This document shows positions 18,155 through 27,032 of a stretch of DNA of 35,391 bases, one piece after another. The DNA comes from a virus. Lineage: Duplodnaviria; Caudoviricetes. The position numbers were made by a program, and so were the translations under genes. The notes under the pieces are model-generated. The model made no database searches, was not told where the DNA came from, and saw only the letters and a program-made list of their open reading frames with translations. Every line of letters starts with the position of its first letter. Within the stretch, counting starts at the first letter, position 1. The stretch lies in the IMG/VR virus record IMGVR_UViG_3300031748_000007, positions 1 to 35,391 of that record; one strand, written 5' to 3'.

Positions 18155-18520
18155 ATGTCCGATACCAAGAGCACCGCGAAGACGACTGCCGCAAAGGCCG
18201 AGGCCCCCAAGGCCAAGGTCAGCAAGGCCAACAAGGCCACCAAGGGCAGCCGCAAGGCCAAGGTCAGCCGCAAGCACGACAAGGACTTCGCCCGCAAGGT
18301 TGCGGCAACCCGCAAGGCCAACTTCGGCAAGAGCGTCGCCCTCGGCGATCGTAACGCCGAAGTCGCTGGCGACCGCAAAGCGATCGTGAAGCTGGTGCCC
18401 ACCAAGGGCAAGATCGCGTACAGTGACCTGACCGCCAAGGCCAGCGAGAAGGACATCAGCCGCCCGAGCGGCAAGGTCCGCAAGCTGGTCGAGCGCGGCG
18501 TGCTGCGTTTCGTCAGCTAG
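18155..18520 (+). CDS. Basic protein, paralog 3, with a histone H1-like Lys/Ala-rich N-tail (121 aa)
   Basis: RBS aggagg; KAKVSK repeats, then DRKAIVKLVPTKGKIAYSDL...KVRKLVERGVLRFVS. Confidence 0.88.
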   Translation: MSDTKSTAKTTAAKAEAPKAKVSKANKATKGSRKAKVSRKHDKDFARKVAATRKANFGKSVALGDRNAEVAGDRKAIVKLVPTKGKIAYSDLTAKASEKDISRPSGKVRKLVERGVLRFVS

Positions 18521-18622
18521 TCTCCAGCGGCTAGCTAGCGCAACACCATGATGCGGCGGGGCGCGGTGGGCGTTGCCCGTGGATGCCCACCAACCCCCGG
18601 CGCGTGGGAAAGGAGAACAGCA

Positions 18623-18940
18623 ATGTCTGACAAGACCGAGCGGTGCAAGTGCGGGCGCGGCCTGCGCCGCGCAACTGCGGACCGCTACGAAAAGCCGGCA
18701 ATGGTGTGCGTCGAGTGCAGTTGCTTGCCTGCGTTTTGCAAGTGCAGCGACGTGCACGCCAAGCGGATGTGTGAGTCGTGTGAAGAGACGCCGGCCGAAC
18801 TGCGATTCACGGCATGCAACATGGACGGCACCATTCTGCACGACCAGGCCCTGTGCCGTGCCTGCGCCAACTACACCCCGCAGTTTGGCCACACGGTCAC
18901 GGTTGAATTCAACGTGGGCACGCCGGCCAACTGGGCGTAG
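18623..18940 (+). CDS. Cys-rich hypothetical protein
   Basis: RBS gaaaggag; multiple CxxC motifs. Confidence 0.75.
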   Translation: MSDKTERCKCGRGLRRATADRYEKPAMVCVECSCLPAFCKCSDVHAKRMCESCEETPAELRFTACNMDGTILHDQALCRACANYTPQFGHTVTVEFNVGTPANWA

Positions 18941-18961
18941 ACCCGGAAAGGAGAAGCGCAC

Positions 18962-19270
18962 ATGGCCAAGAAGCGCCGGTACGTGGTGCGCGTGGTGATG
19001 TTCAAGGACGAACACGCGCTGGACCGCAAGCCTGGCAACGTCAGCTTCACCCGCAACATGGGCACGTTTCTTGAGTGCCTGCGGTACGCCGGCCTGGTGA
19101 CCATACACCAGGACGACGGGAAGCACGTGACGTTCGACCTGCACGCACCACGCGGCCTGGATGACGCCGTATGGGCACAGCACAACGCCGATCGCATGCA
19201 GACGTTCGGCATCAACGCAGTGAAAGCGCCGGAGTGGTTGAACACCTACGGCGAAGACAAACCTGCATGA
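18962..19270 (+). CDS. Hypothetical protein
   Basis: RBS gaaaggag; tight gene packing. Confidence 0.75.
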   Translation: MAKKRRYVVRVVMFKDEHALDRKPGNVSFTRNMGTFLECLRYAGLVTIHQDDGKHVTFDLHAPRGLDDAVWAQHNADRMQTFGINAVKAPEWLNTYGEDKPA

Positions 19271-19382
19271 CCCGCAACGGGTGGGCGGTGGCTTGCGCGC
19301 CGCCTACCGGCGGGCGTTGGCCGATGCTGCCCTGCGTGGGCGGCAGCGGGGAACGCGAGCAAACCAAAGAAAGGAGACGGCG

Positions 19383-19712
19383 ATGACCGACACGTATTTT
19401 GAGAACACCCCGTGGCCGGATGCACCGGCCACGGACGCCGAGCGTAGACCCGCGCCTGCACCGCTGCGGGCGGAGTTTACACGGTTTACCGAGGCGCTTG
19501 TGAAGCACCAGCTGAACGAAGAGTCGAGCTATGCAGACCTGGACGCGTTCTATGCGCCCAGCGAATGCTACCGCGACGTGGCACGCGGCCTGGACCGCCA
19601 GCTGGCCGCGTTGTTTGACAGCTACGGCTACACGGCAGAATCGTACGACGCAGAAGCGCGCCGCCGTGGCGTCTCGTACAAGTGGCGTTACGTCAACGGC
19701 GTGCTGACGTGA
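19383..19712 (+). CDS. Hypothetical protein
   Basis: RBS gaaaggag. Confidence 0.75.
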   Translation: MTDTYFENTPWPDAPATDAERRPAPAPLRAEFTRFTEALVKHQLNEESSYADLDAFYAPSECYRDVARGLDRQLAALFDSYGYTAESYDAEARRRGVSYKWRYVNGVLT

Positions 19713-19733
19713 GAAAGAAACTGGAGGTACCAA

Positions 19734-19946
19734 ATGTCATACTACGCAACAGCGACCCATGAAGCGCCCACTAGCGTGTGTGAACGCTGTGGCCGGCGCG
19801 TGCTGGCCACGCTGATGCGTCACCTGCGTTATGTGGGCAGTGCAACGATCTTCAACTTCTGCTCCACGTGCATCGGCGATGTCATTGGGCCGCGTGGAGT
19901 AGTGGACGCCGCGACGGGTCACTCCGAAGCGTGCTTTGGCAACTGA
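19734..19946 (+). CDS. Small Zn-finger-like protein
   Basis: RBS ggaggt; CERC and CSTC motifs. Confidence 0.7.
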   Translation: MSYYATATHEAPTSVCERCGRRVLATLMRHLRYVGSATIFNFCSTCIGDVIGPRGVVDAATGHSEACFGN

Positions 19947-20005
19947 CCGTAGACCCGGCGGGCCGTGCAACCTGCGGCCCGCCACTGGAAGGAGAACAAC
20001 CACCC

Positions 20006-20182
20006 ATGCGCCGCAAGGCGTCTAAACCCATGACCCATTGTAGTCTGTGCCCGTTGTGCCAACTGACGCCAACGGGCAAGCGGCTGCACCAGCTGTTCAT
20101 CCATGGGGTGGACGCCGAGGCGCAGCTGCACTATCACGAACGCCAGGCGGAACTCCGCAGGGCGGGAAAGAAGGCACCATGA
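20006..20182 (+). CDS. Hypothetical protein (58 aa)
   Basis: RBS gaaggag; CSLCPLC motif. Confidence 0.6.
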   Translation: MRRKASKPMTHCSLCPLCQLTPTGKRLHQLFIHGVDAEAQLHYHERQAELRRAGKKAP

Positions 20183-20469
20183 CCAAGCGGCTTGATGCGC
20201 TGCGGGCAAGCGAATACCGGGTCGAGTTTACGCCGGCCGACCGCAGCGGTGTAGGACGCTCGAAAGTTGCAATTAGCTCCGCGCCCTGGGACCGACCGCT
20301 GACGGCGGCGGCGCTGCGCGAAGCACTCGATGCATACAACACGGCGTTGGAGCCAGGTGGCGTGCTTGAGCACTTGACGTTCTCGCATGGCAAGCCGCCA
20401 TATGCATCGGCCGGTCGGATCGTGCGCAACGCCGACAACCGGTTAATCTGTGAAGTGGAGGCACCATGA
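20179..20469 (+). CDS. Hypothetical protein
   Basis: ATGA coupling at both ends. Confidence 0.7.
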   Translation: MTKRLDALRASEYRVEFTPADRSGVGRSKVAISSAPWDRPLTAAALREALDAYNTALEPGGVLEHLTFSHGKPPYASAGRIVRNADNRLICEVEAP

Positions 20470-20663
20470 CCACGTTGTATGTGACCACGTACTGTAACTT
20501 TGCGCACCGCCTGTCGGACGGCAAGCCGGTGCGGCACGAGTGCCGCATCATCCCGCCCAAGGCGCTGGAGGCCGAGCGCGCAGGCGACATCAACAAGGCC
20601 ATCGAGATCATGCGAGCCGCGCCCGTGCGCATGATGCGGCGCGGTGTGAAGGTGGGGAGGTGA
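20466..20663 (+). CDS. Hypothetical protein
   Basis: RBS ggagg; ATGA coupling. Confidence 0.7.
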   Translation: MTTLYVTTYCNFAHRLSDGKPVRHECRIIPPKALEAERAGDINKAIEIMRAAPVRMMRRGVKVGR

Positions 20664-20666
20664 CCC

Positions 20667-20900
20667 ATGTCCAAGACCACGTACCGGATGAACTGGGCGT
20701 TCCGATGGACAGACCGTGTGTACGTAAGCCGTGCAATCGGCGGCGGGGCACACGGCAACCTGGACTATGTGCTGGTGTTCGACGACGCCGCTGGTGAGCC
20801 TACCAGGCCGCCGGTCAAAATCTCGCGCCGCGAGGCGCGTGGGCTGCTGTGGGCACTGGCCAAGCGATACATCAAAGGCGAGCTGGATGAAGCCAGCTGA
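20667..20900 (+). CDS. Hypothetical protein
   Basis: RBS ggaggt. Confidence 0.7.
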   Translation: MSKTTYRMNWAFRWTDRVYVSRAIGGGAHGNLDYVLVFDDAAGEPTRPPVKISRREARGLLWALAKRYIKGELDEAS

Positions 20901-20915
20901 AAGGAAGGTGACACC

Positions 20916-21359
20916 ATGAGAAGCAAGCGCACAGCTGTAGCGCCGGCGACGGTAGACCTGCCGCCTGGCGTTACGGCCAAGGACACCGTGTGCCCGACGT
21001 GGAAGTCCAAGGACCGCCTGGTGCGGGATGCGGGCGACTATGGCAGGCTCACGTTCTACAAGACGCGTGGGTTCGGCTGGGTGCTGGCCACGCTGCGCAT
21101 CCGCAGGGGGCGCGGCGGCTACACCGACCGCACTTACGGCGTCATCGTCAGCACGGGCAAGCAGTGCCGTGTGGGCTGCGGGCCGCACGTCGAACGGGAA
21201 CTGACCGTGTACGTGCGCGGCAGCCGCGCCAAGGCGTTGGCCAAGTACCTGGTCATGTACGCCGGCGGAGTCGCGGACAGCAACCAGATTCGCGACCGCA
21301 TCAGTACCCGCCGCGCGCAGGGCGCGTTGTACCGTTCGCGCCTTGGCCGGGATGTGTAA
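20916..21359 (+). CDS. Basic hypothetical protein
   Basis: RBS aaaggaaggtg. Confidence 0.75.
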   Translation: MRSKRTAVAPATVDLPPGVTAKDTVCPTWKSKDRLVRDAGDYGRLTFYKTRGFGWVLATLRIRRGRGGYTDRTYGVIVSTGKQCRVGCGPHVERELTVYVRGSRAKALAKYLVMYAGGVADSNQIRDRISTRRAQGALYRSRLGRDV

Positions 21360-21408
21360 CCAAAATCAACCCGTGGCTCGAGAAAGGGCCACAAGAAAGA
21401 AGGCAACG

Positions 21409-21729
21409 ATGTTCCGAAAACTGGTGATCGCCGTGGCGATCGCCGCAATGGAGTTGTTTGCGGGCGCTCCCAGTAGCGCCATCACCAACAGCGTAGCGTG
21501 CACCGCCGACCTTCAGTTGGTGGTGTCCGCCGCGCGGCTGGCGAATCTGTACGTTGAAGCCCGCAAGTGGGAGTCAGCGTGCTTGAGCATCAAGGAGGCG
21601 CTGTTGCATGCCCGGATGGAAGAACATGATTGCGGCACGCCAGCGCCATCCACGACGCTCGATGGGTTGCACTCCCTGTTCAAGCAGATGGAGTGCAGCA
21701 AGTATTGCAGCGAGTACGAGCAGCACTAA
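21409..21729 (+). CDS. Putative exported Cys-containing protein
   Basis: Signal-peptide-like MFRKLVIAVAIAAMELFAGAPSSA; five Cys in the mature part. Confidence 0.65.
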   Translation: MFRKLVIAVAIAAMELFAGAPSSAITNSVACTADLQLVVSAARLANLYVEARKWESACLSIKEALLHARMEEHDCGTPAPSTTLDGLHSLFKQMECSKYCSEYEQH

Positions 21730-21782
21730 CGCTGCTGCAAAGCAAACCCGGCGGGCGTAGACCCGCCACAAGGAGGCATGTC

Positions 21783-22310
21783 ATGTCTGAGGTAATGGAA
21801 CGGAGCGAGTTCCGCGAGACTCGCAGCACCGAGGGGCTGACGCCCATGGAACGTGCGGTGTTGGTTACGGTGTTTTCGTTCAGCTACCCCGTCTTCCGGT
21901 CGTTTTCGGAAACGCTCGAGACGGCCATCAAGCTGGGGCTGGTGGGGTTGAAGCATCGGCGCACGTTCCGCGATGCGCTGGACGCTTTGGTGGCGAAAGG
22001 TTGGGTGGACAAGCGCAGCGAGCGGCCTGCTAAGTACATGGCCATCTCGCTGGGGCATCTGTACGAACGCGTCAAGGCGGAGGCGGAAGGCAAGAGACTC
22101 GCCGAGGCGCGGGAAGTTGAGAACGCTGCGAGCCGGGAGCTGGAAAAGATGCTCGGCTTGCACGAGGGCGCAATCAGCAACCGCTTCGACGGTCTGCGCA
22201 TCAGTGGCATGTCGTCAACTGGGTTGCTGATCAACGTCAAGGCGCTGGTCGCCAGCGGGATCATCCGCAGCGTGCCCAGCACCAGCCGAAGCCGCAAGGC
22301 CAAGGCGTGA
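21783..22310 (+). CDS. TrmB-like winged-helix transcriptional regulator
   Basis: GLTPMERAVL...RRTFRDALDALVAKGWVDKRSERPAKYMAISL matches the TrmB N-terminal pattern; RBS aaggagg. Confidence 0.7.
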   Translation: MSEVMERSEFRETRSTEGLTPMERAVLVTVFSFSYPVFRSFSETLETAIKLGLVGLKHRRTFRDALDALVAKGWVDKRSERPAKYMAISLGHLYERVKAEAEGKRLAEAREVENAASRELEKMLGLHEGAISNRFDGLRISGMSSTGLLINVKALVASGIIRSVPSTSRSRKAKA

Positions 22311-22427
22311 ACACGGTACAGCCGCCCGGTAGGCGCGCAGTAGTCCCGTCCGGCCATGCGGCCCGCGCGTGTGGTTGGAGTGGGGGAGCGTAGACCGGGC
22401 GGCAGCGCCAGAAAGGAGAAACGCGTC

Positions 22428-22751
22428 ATGGCCAAAGGCATGGCGTTGGAAGTCGAACTGAAGGTTGCACTGGTGGCCAACACGGGCAGCGAAGCCATTG
22501 CGGCGTTGGAAGCCGCACTGAACGCAGACCTGGGGCGGGAGACCGAATACTGCCTGGTGGTCAAGCGCATGCAGGGCCGCAAGTCGCCGTCGCGCATAGC
22601 GGCGACCGAGGTAACGGCAACGCTGACCCTGCTGGCCGAGAACCAGGGCGATGCCGCTACGGCGCTGGAGCGCACGGTGCGCAAGTGGTTGCGCACCGGA
22701 CTCGACGCCGAAGTGTGTGGCATCGACATCAAGCGAGCGTCGGCCGCATAA
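22428..22751 (+). CDS. Hypothetical protein
   Basis: RBS gaaaggag. Confidence 0.75.
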   Translation: MAKGMALEVELKVALVANTGSEAIAALEAALNADLGRETEYCLVVKRMQGRKSPSRIAATEVTATLTLLAENQGDAATALERTVRKWLRTGLDAEVCGIDIKRASAA

Positions 22752-22842
22752 CGCGGCTGGCCGGGTGGGCGTGGAACAACGCGCTTCAGCAACGCAAGGC
22801 CACGCCCACCCGTTTCCATTCCATACAGAAAGGGGGTGGCCC

Positions 22843-23073
22843 ATGAAAGTGGCCCATCCGTTGAAGTTAGGCCGCAACCCGTTTGCGCGCGAGACGCTGC
22901 GCAAGCACTACATCCGGTGGCGGGTGCCGGGGCCGGTGGGGTGCTGGTGGTGTGGTGGTCAAGGCCGGCTGTTCTTTGTAGAAGTCGAGGCAGACAGCCT
23001 GCCAGGGCACACCCGGCGGCTGCCTGGCAACTTCTGCTCGATGGATTGTGCGCGCAGCTACCACAGCCCGTGA
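22843..23073 (+). CDS. Small Zn-finger protein (CxxC...FCSxxC)
   Basis: CWWC and FCSMDC motifs; RBS aaaggggg. Confidence 0.7.
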   Translation: MKVAHPLKLGRNPFARETLRKHYIRWRVPGPVGCWWCGGQGRLFFVEVEADSLPGHTRRLPGNFCSMDCARSYHSP

Positions 23074-23085
23074 TGGGAGGGACCG

Positions 23086-23757
23086 ATGCTGAGAATGCAA
23101 CCGACCGGCAAGCTGGTGCGGCCCAGCCAGATACGCCCCGTGCCCCGTGGCACCATCCACCGGATCGAAGCGGTGGTGGTATGGCTGGCCGCAAGGATTG
23201 ACCACAAGCGGCACACTGCTGAGTGGGGCGCGTTCGCCGGCCTGTGGGACATCCGCGTACCGGTGGCGCTGCGTCGCTGGGTGCTGGCCCGCCGTAGACT
23301 CGGCGGCTACTGGTTCAAGGTGAACCGCGTCGAGGCGCGCAAGGTGGTGGCGTGGCTGGCCACCGCCTACGGCATCCCGGCCCCGGTGGTGCGGGATGAG
23401 GCACCCAAGCTGCGACGGGGCACGCGGGGCGCAGGCCGGGTGCGCGGGTGCTTCTACGTCAAGGCCGACGTGGGATACATTGAAGTGCACGGGCGCTGCC
23501 ACCTGAAGACCGTGTTTCACGAGTTTTACCACGGCGTGGAATACGCGACCGACGGCGCGTACTGTAGCGACGATCAGATGGGCGGGCCGACGTCGCTGGC
23601 CTGGCGCTTTGCCGACCGCATGATGGAGGTGATCACGACGGGCGAGATGGCCCCGCCCAAGGAGATGGGTGAGATCACCGAGAAGAACGGCACGCTGGTG
23701 TGCCGGTTCCCAGTGAGCGGCGGTACCACGCGCCGCAGAAAGGGTAAGGTGAAGTGA
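23086..23757 (+). CDS. Putative zincin-like metallopeptidase (HExxH)
   Basis: GCFY...YIEV...TVFHEFYH motif; RBS ggaggg. Confidence 0.65.
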   Translation: MLRMQPTGKLVRPSQIRPVPRGTIHRIEAVVVWLAARIDHKRHTAEWGAFAGLWDIRVPVALRRWVLARRRLGGYWFKVNRVEARKVVAWLATAYGIPAPVVRDEAPKLRRGTRGAGRVRGCFYVKADVGYIEVHGRCHLKTVFHEFYHGVEYATDGAYCSDDQMGGPTSLAWRFADRMMEVITTGEMAPPKEMGEITEKNGTLVCRFPVSGGTTRRRKGKVK

Positions 23758-24710
23758 TGCCGAAGCGAAAACCCGAGCCCCGCAGCACTGGCCCGCCGCC
23801 ACGGCGGTTCGGGGTGCGCAACTTCCTAGACACCCTGCCCTGGTGCGACGCCTGCGGCACGTGGGTGCGCAAACACGGGCACTGGGACGCGAACGGTGAC
23901 TGCGTCTCGGTCAAGTTTCACCGTAGCTTCGATGCGCGGGTGGCCGCGCTGAAGGGAGGCACCGTGGGCAAAGGCAAGCACAAGGGCAAGGCGGCAGTCC
24001 AGGCTCCAGTCAAGGCACCACCGCCCCCGCCCCCTGCGGCCCCAGTCAAGCGGCGCAGGGGCACGGCTGCAACGCCAGCGGCCCCACCGCTGGCCCTGTG
24101 GCACGTGGGGGTGGTGCTGGCGGAGTGGGGCAAAGCCGACTGGGTGGAGCGGTTGAGTAAGCGGCTGCGTGATGAGGCACGGGATGAGGCGATGCGGTTG
24201 GGGCACACGCTGCCGCGCTTTTCTCTGGACTCGGCCACCGGGGCGTACACCGGGGCGTTCGAGGCACGGTGCGCTGGTTGCATGAAGTTGGCGATCGTCA
24301 ACACCGTGCGGTACGTGGCCACGGGCCAAGGCTGGGGCGGTGGCGTGTTCAAGGGTGAGTGTCCCAACCCCGGAGCGGCCATACCCGTGACGGGTGAGAC
24401 CGTGGGCGGACAACCCGCAACCCCTGCGCCGCGCAGCGCAGCGGTGGCCGGTGCCGCACCCACGACGCGAGCCCCACGGGCACCACGGCAGCGGGGCGCA
24501 GCTGCGCCGCTGCCTGCCGACGTGCCGACGCACGTGTACCGGGGCGATGCGGAGCCGCGCCCTGGCACCGAGCGTGCACAGATCAAGGCGGCGGTGCCGG
24601 CCAAGGGCGGCATCGCCAGTGCGGCGCTGCTGGCGGCGCTGCCCAAGATTCTCAGCCCGAGCCGCATCCGCAAGCTACTGGCGGCACGGGTGCTCAAAGC
24701 CAAACCGTAA
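23754..24710 (+). CDS. Pro/Ala-rich multidomain protein whose C-terminal domain is homologous to the 17425/17779/18155 paralogs
   Basis: C-terminus GTERAQIKAAVPAKGGIASAALL...SRIRKLLAARVLKAKP; possible internal start at GTG ~23964 after ggagg. Confidence 0.7.
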   Translation: MMPKRKPEPRSTGPPPRRFGVRNFLDTLPWCDACGTWVRKHGHWDANGDCVSVKFHRSFDARVAALKGGTVGKGKHKGKAAVQAPVKAPPPPPPAAPVKRRRGTAATPAAPPLALWHVGVVLAEWGKADWVERLSKRLRDEARDEAMRLGHTLPRFSLDSATGAYTGAFEARCAGCMKLAIVNTVRYVATGQGWGGGVFKGECPNPGAAIPVTGETVGGQPATPAPRSAAVAGAAPTTRAPRAPRQRGAAAPLPADVPTHVYRGDAEPRPGTERAQIKAAVPAKGGIASAALLAALPKILSPSRIRKLLAARVLKAKP

Positions 24711-24785
24711 CCGGGACGCGGCGCTGGCAGGCGCGAGACGCGGGTCTCGCCGCACCGGCCGCGCACCCAGAAGGGGGTGAGTTAG

Positions 24786-25028
24786 TTGGCAAAGAAACGG
24801 CAAGTGCTCCAAGTGCATGACGGCGATGTTGCAGTCATGCGCACAGGCAACGGTTCCATAAGCGTGTTCTTTCACGCTGTTGGGATCAACGTCGTGAGTG
24901 ACGAGCAAGTGCCTGGCACCGCGATGGTCATGCGCCCTGGTCCTGAGGCAATCGAAGAGATACCGGGGCGGGTGGTGGCGGTGTGTTTCAGCCCCATCAC
25001 CAAGGAGAAAAGAAATGTCAAACCGTAA
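24786..25028 (+). CDS. Hypothetical protein (TTG start)
   Basis: RBS aagggggtga; fills the gap before ardC. Confidence 0.6.
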   Translation: MAKKRQVLQVHDGDVAVMRTGNGSISVFFHAVGINVVSDEQVPGTAMVMRPGPEAIEEIPGRVVAVCFSPITKEKRNVKP

Positions 25029-25947
25029 GGCATACGAACAGATCACGGAGCGCGTGCTGGCCCTGTTGAAGACCGGCACCGTGCCGTGGCACAAGCCGTG
25101 GAGCGGTGGTGCAGCGGCCATGCCCCGCAACCTGATGCGCGGCAGGCCGTATCGCGGCATCAACCTGTGGCTGCTGATCATGGCAGCCATGGACAAGGGG
25201 TACGAGCATCCGTACTGGTTGACCTTCCGCCAGGCCCGGATGCTCGGTGGCCACGTGAAGAAGGGTGAGCATGGCACGGCCATAACCTTTTGGAAGCGTG
25301 GCTCGCGACGCGTAGACCCGGACCCGGACGATGAGGACGATGCAGCCACCGAGCGCAAGTACCTGCTGGTGCGCTTCTACACCGTGTTCAACGTCGCGCA
25401 GTGTGAAGGGCTGCGCGCGTCGCGGCTGCCGGTGGAGGCACCGGGGCTTGGTGAGGCGGAGCGCATTGCTGCCGCCGAGGCGATTGTGGCCGGCTACAAG
25501 GCCGCGCCCACCATCACCAACGGCGGGGGACGTGCGTGCTACACCCCGAAGACGGACGTGGTGGCCATGCCTGCGTTCAAAACCTTCGAGTCCGGTGCTG
25601 AATACTACAGCACGCTGTTCCATGAGTTGACGCACAGCACCGGGCACCCCACGCGGCTGAACCGCGCGGGTATTGCGGACATCAAGCCGTTCGGCACCGA
25701 AGACTACAGCAAGGAAGAACTGGTGGCCGAATTCGGCGCGACGTTCCTGTGCGGCATGGCTGGCATTGAGAACCGCACGGTCAACAACAGTGCCGCGTAC
25801 CTGCGGCACTGGGCCGAGCGGCTGCGTGCCGACACTACCCTGGTGCTGAGCGCCGCAAGCCAGGCACAGGCGGCAGCCGACCACATTCTCGGGGTCGAGC
25901 CTGCTGCGGCTAACGAGAATTCCGATAGCGACGAGGACGCGGCGTAG
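25015..25947 (+). CDS. ardC: ArdC-like antirestriction ssDNA-binding protein (DUF1738 plus zincin-like domain)
   Basis: GTVPWHKPW, YRGINLWLL, WLTFRQA, VKKGEHG, YTVFNVAQ, YYSTLFHELTHSTGH..RLNR, YSKEELVAE, SAAYLRHW. Confidence 0.93.
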   Translation: MSNRKAYEQITERVLALLKTGTVPWHKPWSGGAAAMPRNLMRGRPYRGINLWLLIMAAMDKGYEHPYWLTFRQARMLGGHVKKGEHGTAITFWKRGSRRVDPDPDDEDDAATERKYLLVRFYTVFNVAQCEGLRASRLPVEAPGLGEAERIAAAEAIVAGYKAAPTITNGGGRACYTPKTDVVAMPAFKTFESGAEYYSTLFHELTHSTGHPTRLNRAGIADIKPFGTEDYSKEELVAEFGATFLCGMAGIENRTVNNSAAYLRHWAERLRADTTLVLSAASQAQAAADHILGVEPAAANENSDSDEDAA

Positions 25948-25987
25948 ACCCGGTTGCGCCGCGCAACCCTCAGAAAGGAGCAGTCCC

Positions 25988-26386
25988 ATGAGCAGCATCA
26001 AGCTACGGTACGAGCCATTGCCCAATGGCTCAGTGCGCGTCGATGCCGACGCGCCGTGCGGCAAGCCGTGGAGTGGCATAGCCACGGTGGACGAGCCGAC
26101 GGCGGCTAACCCGGTGTTGGCGCTGAAGGCACCGCTGGGCTTCAACGCGGTGCGCATGATTCTCGAGCACTTCAAGCCGTTAGCCCCAAGTGCCAACGTG
26201 GTGGCGTACCTGGAGCAGGAAGTCTTCAGGTTGGAAGCGGACTTGGCAAGCCGCACGGGCAGTCAAACCGCTACGCCCACCGCGTTCTACATCGAGGGCC
26301 AGTTGGCCGCATTGCAGCTGGCCCTGCGGGTGCTGAGAGGCGATGCCGATGGCACGCTACGTGAAACCGGCGTCCACCTTTGCTGA
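25988..26386 (+). CDS. Hypothetical protein
   Basis: RBS gaaaggag. Confidence 0.7.
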   Translation: MSSIKLRYEPLPNGSVRVDADAPCGKPWSGIATVDEPTAANPVLALKAPLGFNAVRMILEHFKPLAPSANVVAYLEQEVFRLEADLASRTGSQTATPTAFYIEGQLAALQLALRVLRGDADGTLRETGVHLC

Positions 26387-26579
26387 CCCGACGGTAGTAA
26401 CCGCACCGATCGGTAAGCACGACCTGGACCCAGCCATTCCGCGTTGCTGCGGCGTCTGCGGCAGCAAGCGAGTGCAGTTGTACGGGCTGGCGTACCCGAG
26501 CCACAATGCGCGGTACATGTCCGCGGTCCCATACTGTTCGGTGCGGTGTTTCGTGAAAGGAGAAGGCAGACAGTTATGA
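26343..26579 (+). CDS. Small Zn-finger-like protein
   Basis: CGVC and YCSVRC motifs; overlaps neighbouring genes. Confidence 0.55.
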   Translation: MPMARYVKPASTFADPTVVTAPIGKHDLDPAIPRCCGVCGSKRVQLYGLAYPSHNARYMSAVPYCSVRCFVKGEGRQL

Positions 26580-26965
26580 AACCACCCAGCGAACTTGCGT
26601 GTGATCTCTGCCGCTGCAACTCGTACTCCGGCCACGTCAACACCTACAAAGTGTGGACTCTGTGCGGGTGCGGCCACGAGATGAGTCAACACAACACGGT
26701 GGCGCGGCGGCGTAGACCAGCGGTTAGCATGCGGGACCGTGTCGAACGGCTGCTGGGGGACGTATGGGTTGCCGTGGCCCCGGACATCTTTGCCGGCAAC
26801 GGCAACCAGGAACTCAGCGCCGCTGACGTGCGGGGCATCGTGGCCGACAAGTTTGAGGCTAACGTGTCCGACGCCGACGTGGTGCAGTGGTGGTACGGCC
26901 AGGCGGCGGACACCCGCGCAGACATGCTGCGTGCGGTGTTTCCACCGGGCCGCTACACCCTTTGA
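26576..26965 (+). CDS. Hypothetical protein
   Basis: RBS aaggagaagg; ATGA coupling; N-terminal Cys/His cluster. Confidence 0.65.
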   Translation: MKPPSELACDLCRCNSYSGHVNTYKVWTLCGCGHEMSQHNTVARRRRPAVSMRDRVERLLGDVWVAVAPDIFAGNGNQELSAADVRGIVADKFEANVSDADVVQWWYGQAADTRADMLRAVFPPGRYTL

Positions 26966-26971
26966 CTACAA

Positions 26972-27018
26972 GCGGGGCGTGTGCCAGGAGACTGGCCGCG
27001 CCCCGCCATTTGTATTTT
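26972..27018 (+). terminator. Possible intrinsic terminator
   Basis: GCGGGGCGTG/CGCGCCCCGC stem with an inner GCCAG-gaga-CTGGC hairpin, followed by catttgtatttt. Confidence 0.5.
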
Positions 27019-27032
27019 AGGAGGTGACTCTC

